Of a DNA stretch of 64,000 nucleotides, positions 7,406-15,272 are shown piece by piece. How positions within the stretch are numbered: the first letter of the stretch is position 1; each line of letters opens with the position of its first letter. The position numbers were made by a program, and so were the translations under genes. A model generated the notes under the pieces. It saw nothing but the letters and a program-made list of their open reading frames with translations, did not search any database and was not told where the DNA came from. The DNA is from Staphylococcus phage vB_Sau_P68, in the sequence record OL741057.1. One strand, given 5' to 3'.

Positions 7406-7595
7406 TATTATTACTCAATATTATTACTCAGAATAATTAATCAATATTTGAGGTATCTACTTGTAAATATACTCAAAGTAACCTAAACCCTATCTCAAAA
7501 TACCTTAGTTTTATCTTAACATCTTAACCCTATCGCATCCTACGGTAAATCGGAACGTATCCTATTTGTTTTATCGTATTTTTAACCTAAATAAA

Positions 7596-7620
7596 TAACC
7601 GCTTCCTATCCCAAAGAAGC
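7596..7620 (-). terminator. rho-independent terminator (ACCGCTTC..GAAGCGGT hairpin; T-rich run follows on the minus strand)
   Basis: sequence. Confidence 0.55.
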
Positions 7621-7630
7621 GGTCATCATC

Positions 7631-7867
7631 CTATTCTATTGTAATATCAGGTAACGTCTTGTTATCCTTCGTAAGTTCATCTAAAGTTAAAGGTTTTCTA
7701 TATATTAAGAAGTTTTCTAGTAGCTCATCATAAGACTCGGAGTTACTATTTATACTCATAATATTATAACCTTCACCTTGACCAACTACTATACCAAAAT
7801 CCTCAATAACAGAGTTATAAACAATACAATTAATATCTATATCTGTCTTGTTAAACTTTAACTTCAT
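7631..7867 (-). CDS. hypothetical protein (78 aa)
   Basis: ORF track. Confidence 0.5.
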   Translation of the reverse strand: MKLKFNKTDIDINCIVYNSVIEDFGIVVGQGEGYNIMSINSNSESYDELLENFLIYRKPLTLDELTKDNKTLPDITIE

Positions 7868-7949
7868 ATTAAACTCCTAACTACTTTTTTCTTATTATAC
7901 CATATTTCTCATATAAAAGCAAATACACTACTTACGATTTGTCAACATC

Positions 7950-8198
7950 CTACAACTCTGCATTATAACCACGGTTGATAAGTAATATACCTTCTCTATT
8001 AACCGCTTCAATTAATCTATCTATATCTATGTCTATACAGAATTTTGTTTTATACATAGTATAGTCTGTTGGGTATATATTACTTATATCCTTATGCCAA
8101 GTCTCATATAAGAAGTCAATTAAACCGATTCTACCTAACCTATCCTGAATCGTCTTCATACTCTGCCTATGATAAACTGTATAATATACATTAAACAT
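7950..8198 (-). CDS. hypothetical protein (82 aa)
   Basis: ORF track. Confidence 0.5.
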   Translation of the reverse strand: MFNVYYTVYHRQSMKTIQDRLGRIGLIDFLYETWHKDISNIYPTDYTMYKTKFCIDIDIDRLIEAVNREGILLINRGYNAEL

Positions 8199-8201
8199 CC
8201 A

Positions 8202-8495
8202 TTACATCTCCTCTATATACTTATATATTGTATCCACATCTACAGACTCTCCATTAATATATTCACTTACACTTCTATCATTAAAGAATACAACTAAATC
8301 ACCTCTATACGATAGGCTACTACTATGCTCTACCGCTTCCTCATAAGATAAATGGATACTTGTATTAATACATACATCCACTTCGGAATTATTAGTATCA
8401 TATGTCAATTCCCTTGAAGCGGATTCCTTTATATACTTTAAGTAAGCTTTAAGTAAATCCTTATCATAATCGTCACTTAAAAATATCTCTATCAT
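8202..8495 (-). CDS. paralog family member 1 (MIEIFLSDDYDK...SASRELTY)
   Basis: shared N-terminal motif MI-I-hydrophobic...NY.K..L...L..I....RELTY with the next three genes. Confidence 0.6.
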   Translation of the reverse strand: MIEIFLSDDYDKDLLKAYLKYIKESASRELTYDTNNSEVDVCINTSIHLSYEEAVEHSSSLSYRGDLVVFFNDRSVSEYINGESVDVDTIYKYIEEM

Positions 8496-8509
8496 CCATT
8501 ACACCCTCC

Positions 8510-8812
8510 TTATTTAAACATATCATATATAATCTCATCTAAAGCCACTCCACCATACTTCTTTCCTCCCCAGTAAGCTATATAACCTGATTCAAGTATA
8601 ACTATCCATAAATCCTCTTCAATTAACTTTGAATATCTTTCATACTCATGAGGTGGTTTAAGAGGGATTACATCTTCAATATTAACATCTACCGTATTTA
8701 TCTCCGCTTCCATAGCATAGGTTAATTCCCTAGGTGCTACACTCTTAATTTTCTCTAACATAAACTTCAACTGACTTTTATCATAGTTCTCAGCTAATCT
8801 AATCTCTATCAT
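8510..8812 (-). CDS. paralog family member 2 (MIEIRLAENYDK...APRELTY)
   Basis: paralogy. Confidence 0.6.
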   Translation of the reverse strand: MIEIRLAENYDKSQLKFMLEKIKSVAPRELTYAMEAEINTVDVNIEDVIPLKPPHEYERYSKLIEEDLWIVILESGYIAYWGGKKYGGVALDEIIYDMFK

Positions 8813-9102
8813 TATATCATCCTCCCTACATAGTGACGTATACTAGTAGGGTGACCATTAAGAAATGCATTACAGTATCCCGTCCCTACAAGAATACATA
8901 AGTCACCTTTGAACTGACTCATACCTGATAAATCAAGTGCACTTTCCTCATCTATTGGGTCATCTGTTTCAACTACTATATCCTTATCATAGTCTGTATT
9001 AATACCATAAGTTAATTCCCTATCTACAGTAGTATTAATATAATTAAGTAAATCCCCTAATGTTTCTTTACTATAGTTCTCATTTACAAATATATGAATC
9101 AT
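8812..9102 (-). CDS. paralog family member 3 (start at MIHIFVNENY...DRELTY)
   Basis: paralogy; RBS aaaggagag 7 nt before this ATG. Confidence 0.6.
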   Translation of the reverse strand: MIHIFVNENYSKETLGDLLNYINTTVDRELTYGINTDYDKDIVVETDDPIDEESALDLSGMSQFKGDLCILVGTGYCNAFLNGHPTSIRHYVGRMI

Positions 9103-9222
9103 TATATCTCTCCTTTCAATTCTAAGACCTCTCATAAGCTCATACAGAGCTTCTATTATATTTCTAGTACAATTTATCCTTTCTACTTAACCGCTTCTTA
9201 AATAAGCTCTAAATAACTCCTC

Positions 9223-9519
9223 CTAGAATATTTCCTTAACTGCTTGTCTAAGACCATAACCCGATAAAAAGTTACCACCATATATAACCTTAGTCTCGTC
9301 CTTAGTAATACATATAATAATGCACCCAGGGTAATCCATAGACATCGTACCATATACATGCATAACATCACCTTCATACTTCATGTCCTCTATATTTACA
9401 TCCGCTTCTTTATTATTAAACCCATAACTTAACTCTCTTGAAGCGGAAAACTTTATAATATTCATAATCGTAGATAAGTAATCAGTATTATAGTTTTTAC
9501 CTAGATATATATCAATCAT
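9223..9519 (-). CDS. paralog family member 4 (MIDIYLGKNYNT...SASRELSY)
   Basis: paralogy. Confidence 0.6.
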   Translation of the reverse strand: MIDIYLGKNYNTDYLSTIMNIIKFSASRELSYGFNNKEADVNIEDMKYEGDVMHVYGTMSMDYPGCIIICITKDETKVIYGGNFLSGYGLRQAVKEIF

Positions 9520-9521
9520 AT

Positions 9522-9704
9522 CTATTCCTCCTTGTTACTACTTCTATAATCTACTATAGCAAATATTAAAGCAAATACGTAAGGTAACCAAAAGGTAAAG
9601 GGATTAATATCTCCTCCTGTAATTAAATTACCTACACAAACACCTATAAACCCTGCTACTAAATAAATTAAATAATACATAACAAATTCTAATACTTTAT
9701 TCAT
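9522..9704 (-). CDS. small membrane protein (60 aa, two hydrophobic segments)
   Basis: ORF track; RBS taggaggag. Confidence 0.45.
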   Translation of the reverse strand: MNKVLEFVMYYLIYLVAGFIGVCVGNLITGGDINPFTFWLPYVFALIFAIVDYRSSNKEE

Positions 9705-9733
9705 AATAACTCCTCCTATTAATTTATATATTA

Positions 9734-9762
9734 ATCATACCACACTACTTAGTATATGTCAA
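9734..9762 (-). promoter_or_regulatory. promoter for the paralog operon (minus: TTGACA-N17-TATGAT)
   Basis: sequence. Confidence 0.6.
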
Positions 9763-9769
9763 TAGATAA

Positions 9770-9800
9770 ATAAAAAAACACCCTAATTGCAGTTAGGGTG
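9770..9800 (-). terminator. rho-independent terminator (CACCCTAACTGCAATTAGGGTG + TTTTTTT on the minus strand)
   Basis: sequence. Confidence 0.65.
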
Positions 9801-9931
9801 CCGGCGTTTGGAACAAACCAAAATGACTCGACCTCAGTCTAAAAGGTCTGTAGGTTAATCACTCCTACTTACAATATACAATTGCTTATATACTCTAAGT
9901 AGGAGAAGCGGATAACCGCTTCAACTATTAA

Positions 9932-10609
9932 TTAGTAGCTAGTTTGAAACGCATCTACTGTAGGATAGTACTTTAATAATTTTCCATTATGTCTAGCTCT
10001 CTCAAATGCTTTACGAGCATATTCATTATCAAGAGGTTTTACCAAACCATGTACAGCTTGATAAGTATATCTAGTTCCTGTTGAATCTTCAAAGTGACCG
10101 TCAAGTGTTGCTTTAAGTACATTAAGGTTACGACCCTGAGTCCCGTCTATATACCAAAAAGTATATCCCATAGGTGAATCTTCCGCTTCTTCTTTACCAC
10201 AAAACACACCTTCCCTAACCTGGGCTTGAATAAGACTTAAGCTTGTGTGTTCTAGGAATAATAGTCTATCAGTTTCTAAGTTAAGTAAGTTATACTTATC
10301 ATGTACTTGGTGTTTAATAACTCTGTAAGTATACTTACCATTACCTGATTTTAAGGTAGTACCTTCCTTTACTCTATTTAAATAGTTAGCTAATACTTCT
10401 AAGGCTTCTGTTAGAGAGTCGTAGTTAGTAGGACTTAACTTACCTTCATTTGTATATAGAGCGTAAGCACCTCTTCTATCTTCAATAGTCATATCTTCGT
10501 TAACTTCTATTTCAGAAAATCCTGTTTTATTCTTCTCTACTATATTTAATTTATTTACTTGAATACCATTTTCATCTAGTACCATAATAAGTTGTTTTAA
10601 TAATTTCAT
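9932..10609 (-). CDS. hypothetical protein (225 aa)
   Basis: ORF track. Confidence 0.6.
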   Translation of the reverse strand: MKLLKQLIMVLDENGIQVNKLNIVEKNKTGFSEIEVNEDMTIEDRRGAYALYTNEGKLSPTNYDSLTEALEVLANYLNRVKEGTTLKSGNGKYTYRVIKHQVHDKYNLLNLETDRLLFLEHTSLSLIQAQVREGVFCGKEEAEDSPMGYTFWYIDGTQGRNLNVLKATLDGHFEDSTGTRYTYQAVHGLVKPLDNEYARKAFERARHNGKLLKYYPTVDAFQTSY

Positions 10610-10680
10610 AATTTACTTCATCTCCTAATTGATTATATATTAATTTTACCATACTACTTACTTAATGTCAATACTTTTAA

Positions 10681-10755
10681 TTAAAAGTTTCTGATTGTTT
10701 TTGCAGTTACGTAGTCTTGTCTAGCTTGTTCCATTTCCATTTCTTCTCTAGTCAT
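10681..10755 (-). CDS. micro-ORF, 24 aa (MTREEMEMEQARQDYVTAKTIRNF)
   Basis: strong RBS AGAGGAGGAA 7 nt upstream; own TTGACA-N17-TATACT promoter at ~10790-10825. Confidence 0.25.
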   Translation of the reverse strand: MTREEMEMEQARQDYVTAKTIRNF

Positions 10756-10801
10756 AATTAATTCCTCCTCTTAACTTTGTATACTAAGTATAACAGAGAA
10801 C

Positions 10802-11116
10802 TTAATCTCTGTCAATACTAAATTCATGATTTGTTACTTCTTTTTTATTAATACGTAATCCTCTTTCATGTATAGGTGTTCTAGCGTATAAGTAAAAAAG
10901 ATAGAATAGTTCGTCCTGTTTTTCTAGTTCCATACCTTCAAAAGCTCCCCATGCTGTATCAATATCAAACTCATAACTATTACTAATACATAATAGTGTT
11001 TGACCTTCTTCGGTTCTAGCATATTCTACGATAATACCATCTTCTATTTCTTGAGTGTCACAATTATATTCATAACCTAATTCTTTTATACGTTCCTCAA
11101 ATTCTCTACTCTTCAT
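10802..11116 (-). CDS. hypothetical protein (104 aa)
   Basis: ORF track; RBS aaggagga. Confidence 0.55.
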   Translation of the reverse strand: MKSREFEERIKELGYEYNCDTQEIEDGIIVEYARTEEGQTLLCISNSYEFDIDTAWGAFEGMELEKQDELFYLFYLYARTPIHERGLRINKKEVTNHEFSIDRD

Positions 11117-11147
11117 AATATTATTCCTCCTTATTGATTATATACTA

Positions 11148-11176
11148 AGTATAGCATACCGCTTCATATCTGTCAA
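11148..11176 (-). promoter_or_regulatory. minus-strand promoter TTGACA-N17-TATACT, back to back with the plus-strand promoter at 11186-11213
   Basis: sequence. Confidence 0.55.
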
Positions 11177-11185
11177 CAATTAATT

Positions 11186-11213
11186 TTGAAAATATTCATT
11201 ATTATGCTATAAT
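11186..11213 (+). promoter_or_regulatory. plus-strand promoter TTGAAA-N16-TATAAT for the DUF559-like gene
   Basis: sequence. Confidence 0.55.
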
Positions 11214-11232
11214 AGTCTTAAGGAGGCTAAAC

Positions 11233-11796
11233 ATGAATAAGAAAAAACATGATAAGCTACTAAATAAAGCTATACAACATAATAAAAAAATTAAAGATAG
11301 GCAAAAACATAAAGAAGCGGAACCAAAACAAAAAGCAGTAGAGGTACCTAAGGTTAACACCTCAAATATTGATACTTCTAAGAGGTACAGTAAACCTGAG
11401 AAGATTATGGCTTCTATACTATTGTATAATGATATACCTTTTACGTTCCAAGAAAGATTAAAAGGTTCTAGGAGACGCTTTGATTTCTATATACAGGAAG
11501 GTATTATATCAGATACTGCTGTAGTCATAGAGGTTAACGGTGAGCAACATTATTCTAAGGGAAGCGGATTATTAAGTTCTAAAATGTATTCCGCTTCAGT
11601 AGAATCAGATTCCTTCAAACGAGACTATTGTAAAAATAATAATATAGAATTAATTTTTGTAGATGCACAACGAAGTAGTTATATCCATATAATAAGAAGT
11701 ATAAGTAACATACCTTTAATATCTTATCTTGTAACAGGACTTACAAATAAGAAACTAAGTAAACTTAAAAAGAAATACTTTGAAGAAGTAGATTAA
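11233..11796 (+). CDS. DUF559/Vsr-like (PD-(D/E)xK superfamily) endonuclease-domain protein with a Lys-rich N-terminus
   Basis: RRRFDFYI...AVVIEVNGEQH resembles the R.DF...IE.DG.QH signature of DUF559/YcjD-type nucleases; opposite orientation; own promoter, RBS and terminator. Confidence 0.5.
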   Translation: MNKKKHDKLLNKAIQHNKKIKDRQKHKEAEPKQKAVEVPKVNTSNIDTSKRYSKPEKIMASILLYNDIPFTFQERLKGSRRRFDFYIQEGIISDTAVVIEVNGEQHYSKGSGLLSSKMYSASVESDSFKRDYCKNNNIELIFVDAQRSSYIHIIRSISNIPLISYLVTGLTNKKLSKLKKKYFEEVD

Positions 11797-11812
11797 TTTC
11801 TACTTCTTTTTT
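11777..11812 (+). terminator. rho-independent terminator (GAAGTAGA TTAATT TCTACTTC + TTTTTTTT)
   Basis: sequence. Confidence 0.65.
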
Positions 11813-12116
11813 TTATACAATATTATAGATTAACCCACCATTAGATAAGATTATTATATAATAACAATAGATTAAAGGTACATTAGCATAGATTAACAAG
11901 TGATTACTATAGTTTACCATTGTATAATAAATGAATATTATAACTATAGAATAAGTAGTTAGGGAAGTCGGTAGTAAGTAATAGGCTGAGTGGGAGAGGT
12001 AAAAAAATTCCCAGGTACTTAGTATTTACTTGTTTTAGTTTATTAGGTTAAGGTACTTGGTTTTACTTTATTAGGTTCTAGAATATTATTCTCTTCTCTC
12101 TAGTATACTACTATCT

Positions 12117-12608
12117 TTATCCCCCTCTTACATCTGTTTCATCACCTAGACTAATAATATGTTCATTACTAAGTAATTTTTGTTTTACTTCTTCTTGTTT
12201 TTCCTTACGTTTTATATGTTCTGATTCTACTTCCTTCACTATATCAAGTATATATTCAGTTATCCAATCAAATTTCTTTAATTCTTCTGTTGAATATTTT
12301 TGACATCTAATATTCCAATCTAACTCCCTATAGTAAATACAATCTTCAATTGTTATTTTTAGACTTCTTTCACTGAAATGTTCATTTATGACTCTAAATG
12401 ATGTTGTACCATTATCTAATAGTACTGGATTGTATTCCCAGTCTTTAAAAAACTCTCTCCATGTTAAATGTGCAGTATCTTGAAGTCTACCTAGTTCCTT
12501 GTAATATTCCTTCTGCTGTTTCTTTTTAATACAACCTTTAATAACAGTAATACCTAACGTATATATAGTAAGTATTACAAGAGTTATAAATATGTTAAAT
12601 AAAAACAT
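12117..12608 (-). CDS. membrane-anchored protein (N-terminal TM helix; 163 aa)
   Basis: ORF track; hydrophobic N-terminus. Confidence 0.55.
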   Translation of the reverse strand: MFLFNIFITLVILTIYTLGITVIKGCIKKKQQKEYYKELGRLQDTAHLTWREFFKDWEYNPVLLDNGTTSFRVINEHFSERSLKITIEDCIYYRELDWNIRCQKYSTEELKKFDWITEYILDIVKEVESEHIKRKEKQEEVKQKLLSNEHIISLGDETDVRGG

Positions 12609-12652
12609 TATATTTCCTCCTTATAGAATGATTCTTTTATTTAATATTACCT

Positions 12653-12880
12653 CTACTCTATACCATATACTTCTTCTAAACAAGCCTTCTCTTCTATGTT
12701 ATCATATACATTAGGAGTCATTTCATTTTCTAGTTTCCTAATGTAAGCACCTGCTTGTTTAATATTTAGTTTACTATACTCTGAATAGGTTTTAAACTCA
12801 AAATCTACAAACCCAAACTCTGAGAGTATCTTGTGTAAGTGTATTATATAATCAATTTGTCTATGTGTTATATATTTCAT
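12653..12880 (-). CDS. hypothetical protein (start moved to MKYITHRQ)
   Basis: GAGGAGGG RBS 8 nt before the internal ATG; this removes a 52-nt overlap with the upstream gene. Confidence 0.5.
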   Translation of the reverse strand: MKYITHRQIDYIIHLHKILSEFGFVDFEFKTYSEYSKLNIKQAGAYIRKLENEMTPNVYDNIEEKACLEEVYGIE

Positions 12881-12903
12881 TGTATTTCCCTCCTCTTCGA
12901 TTA

Positions 12904-13260
12904 TTACCAACTGATGTGTATAATAGGTACTAAGGTACTGTCTGTGTAACCACATCTAAAGTAATCCTTAGCTATACCCTTCTCTGACCACTCAGGTTTC
13001 CTTACCTGTGTTTTTACTTTAAATCCTAACCTCTTATAGTGAAGCCCAATCTCTTTTAAGTATTCTAGTTTAGATAAAGAAAACTCCGAAGGATAATCTG
13101 TTCTTAAGTTCACAACAATATAGTCCTTACCTAAGCTACTACTGTTATTAATTAAATAGTCTATCTTGTTATAGATATAAGTTAGATGTTGTTCCTTAGT
13201 TACTACTTTAGAATCCTTATATTGCTTTAACTGTTTACGTGCTTTCTTAGCGTTCATCAT
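12904..13260 (-). CDS. hypothetical basic protein (118 aa)
   Basis: ORF track. Confidence 0.5.
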   Translation of the reverse strand: MMNAKKARKQLKQYKDSKVVTKEQHLTYIYNKIDYLINNSSSLGKDYIVVNLRTDYPSEFSLSKLEYLKEIGLHYKRLGFKVKTQVRKPEWSEKGIAKDYFRCGYTDSTLVPIIHISW

Positions 13261-13343
13261 TTACCCTCCTCTTGATTATATATTAATCTTAACATACCTA
13301 TTTATGATTGTCAAACTTACCCTTATTTAAATTGATTCTTCTA

Positions 13344-13457
13344 TTACTTCATATATTTGTCTTTACTTACCATACTTGGTTTTGGTAGTTTCTTAATGTC
13401 ATACTGCTTTACATTTTCATACGTGTGTGATGTTTTTAATAATTTCTCTGTATTCAT
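13344..13457 (-). CDS. small ORF, 37 aa (MNTEKLLKTSHTYENVKQYDIKKLPKPSMVSKDKYMK)
   Basis: found by hand; GGGAGG RBS; ATGA overlap with the stop of the upstream gene. Confidence 0.35.
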   Translation of the reverse strand: MNTEKLLKTSHTYENVKQYDIKKLPKPSMVSKDKYMK

Positions 13458-13753
13458 ATTAATTCCTCCCATTTAAAATTAAATACTAGTTTCCCTTCTC
13501 TTATAAGTATAACTTTGTAAGGGAACAAGCAAATACAGTCCTCTGTAAACTTAGAATACGCAAAAGCCCTTCTTTCTGTTTCTAACATATTCTTATCAAG
13601 ATGAATAACTTCAATATCTGCCTCCTTGATATCCTTCTCTCCGTAGTTCATACTATAAGTAATACTCTTTTTAGTCTCTCTGATATCTCTCAAACACTTA
13701 TCAAGTAACTTCTCATTGTAGTCATTGCTTACATAAATTCTCATATCTTTCAT
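13454..13753 (-). CDS. hypothetical protein, a distant member of the 8.2-9.5 kb paralog family
   Basis: MRIYVSNDYNEKLLDKCLRDIRE..SITY resembles the paralog N-terminal motif. Confidence 0.5.
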   Translation of the reverse strand: MKDMRIYVSNDYNEKLLDKCLRDIRETKKSITYSMNYGEKDIKEADIEVIHLDKNMLETERRAFAYSKFTEDCICLFPYKVILIREGKLVFNFKWEELI

Positions 13754-13828
13754 CTCCTTATTTAATATACTCTTATTATATAATAAAACTCTACCTATGT
13801 CAATAGATAGAGTTAAAGTTTTTTAATT

Positions 13829-14347
13829 TTATTTAAAATTAACTTTATGTGTATCAATCATAAATGGTGAGAATGACAATTGTACTTGTGGTTTTTCTGT
13901 TGTACCTTTCGTGTCAACAAAGTAGGCATTTCCTGTCACTTCGTTACCTGGGTTAATGCTATCTAAATCGAAAGCATCCGGGAAATCCATAGATTCTTCA
14001 AATTGTTTTCCTTCTGATTGCATTTTAAAATCACCTGTTGAGAACATTGCATCTTCATCACTATTATTTTTAATCGTAAATGCTACTTTATAAAATGTAC
14101 CGTCTTGTGAAGCCATTTCAGGAGCTCCTACTTGCTCTACACTGTCTACTGTTACATCTACATCTTCATAGGTTTTCGTTGTTCCTATAGGGTATTCTTT
14201 CTTAGACTCTTCTTTATCTTTCTTATCTTGTTTAGTAATTTCCTTATCTGCTTCGTTAAATACAAACGCTGTACATCCTGCAAATAACATTCCCATAATA
14301 ATAAATGCCCCAATAATACCGATAACTACTTTTAAAATTGTTTTCAT
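13829..14347 (-). CDS. lipoprotein with a DUF4352-like (Ig-fold) domain
   Basis: signal peptide plus lipobox LFAGC; the ...FTIKNNSDE...GNAYFVD pattern is typical of DUF4352. Confidence 0.55.
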   Translation of the reverse strand: MKTILKVVIGIIGAFIIMGMLFAGCTAFVFNEADKEITKQDKKDKEESKKEYPIGTTKTYEDVDVTVDSVEQVGAPEMASQDGTFYKVAFTIKNNSDEDAMFSTGDFKMQSEGKQFEESMDFPDAFDLDSINPGNEVTGNAYFVDTKGTTEKPQVQLSFSPFMIDTHKVNFK

Positions 14348-14435
14348 AATTAAAATCTCCTTTTATTTGTTATATATTTAGTGTATCACACACTTAATTA
14401 TTTGTCAACACTTTTTTCCAAATTAATTTTTTTAT

Positions 14436-14687
14436 TTAATCATAGAGGTTATTAATAGAATCTTGAGCAAAAGAAATAGCTTGTTCTTCTTTTACAATTT
14501 CTAAGCCTTTTAGACCTCTATCTTTGTACTTCTCCTTAATTAACGCAATTTCCTCTTCGGTTTCATCTAATTCTTTATTCCAATAATCATTATCTTGTAG
14601 CAACTCTACACTCTCATAAATCTCGTTTAGCTCTTCTATAGTAAGTTTATCAATTCTATCTTTCATTTCTTCTCTTATTGATTTCAT
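14436..14687 (-). CDS. hypothetical acidic protein (83 aa)
   Basis: ORF track. Confidence 0.5.
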   Translation of the reverse strand: MKSIREEMKDRIDKLTIEELNEIYESVELLQDNDYWNKELDETEEEIALIKEKYKDRGLKGLEIVKEEQAISFAQDSINNLYD

Positions 14688-14699
14688 ATTAATTCCTCC

Positions 14700-14897
14700 T
14701 TATTTATCCGCTACATATTCATAAAAACCGACTTCTTCTCTCAACTTAGCTTCTGATAGTGATTTAGTATGCTCTCTAGAAACATCTTCCCCTTCTACCC
14801 ATTTTACAAGCTCAATAAGTGCTTCTTCTAAATACTCTCTAGGACAATCATCATTTTCCCAGTAGTTAATTCCTTCTTTTTCCCAATTATTTTCCAT
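14700..14897 (-). CDS. hypothetical acidic protein (65 aa)
   Basis: ORF track. Confidence 0.5.
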   Translation of the reverse strand: MENNWEKEGINYWENDDCPREYLEEALIELVKWVEGEDVSREHTKSLSEAKLREEVGFYEYVADK

Positions 14898-14928
14898 TAT
14901 AGTTCCTCCTATAAAACTTATATTTTAA

Positions 14929-15075
14929 CGCCACTCTTTTTCTTCAAAAAGTATTAGTATATCTAAGTCTCCAACTGCGCTAAACATTAAATTTCTAAAA
15001 TGTTTCTTTTCATCTATTGTCATATTTTCAACATTTCTCATCAGTTCTTTAAATATTCTTTCATAATCCATAATT
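14929..15075 (-). CDS. small ORF, 48 aa (MDYERIFKELMRNVENMTIDEKKHFRNLMFSAVGDLDILILFEEKEWR)
   Basis: found by hand; AGGAGGAATTAATT RBS. Confidence 0.4.
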
Positions 15076-15101
15076 AATTCCTCCTATTTGTAATTTCCTC
15101 T

Positions 15102-15260
15102 CTATAATATAAATCCTATAAGTAATAGTATAACACCAATACCGAAGAGTGTAAATAACATTTTTAAATCTGCAGTATCATAATAGTTACCTAAAACTAA
15201 TTTGTATCCACTAGCTAAAAATAATATTAAACCTACAATTAAAATTATAATATCTGTCAT
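15102..15260 (-). CDS. small membrane protein, 52 aa (MTDIIILIVGLILFLASGYKLVLGNYYDTADLKMLFTLFGIGVILLLIGFIL)
   Basis: found by hand; GGAGGTAG RBS; two hydrophobic helices. Confidence 0.4.
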   Translation of the reverse strand: MTDIIILIVGLILFLASGYKLVLGNYYDTADLKMLFTLFGIGVILLLIGFIL

Positions 15261-15272
15261 AGTACTACCTCC

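Noticed and set aside
6722-12116. tRNA genes in the non-coding islands (6.7-7.6 kb, 9.7-9.9 kb, 11.8-12.1 kb)
   Set aside because: No cloverleaf-compatible sequence with a GTTC-type T-arm and acceptor stem was found by eye. The hairpins there are long perfect stems, not tRNA-like. tRNAscan-SE should still be run.
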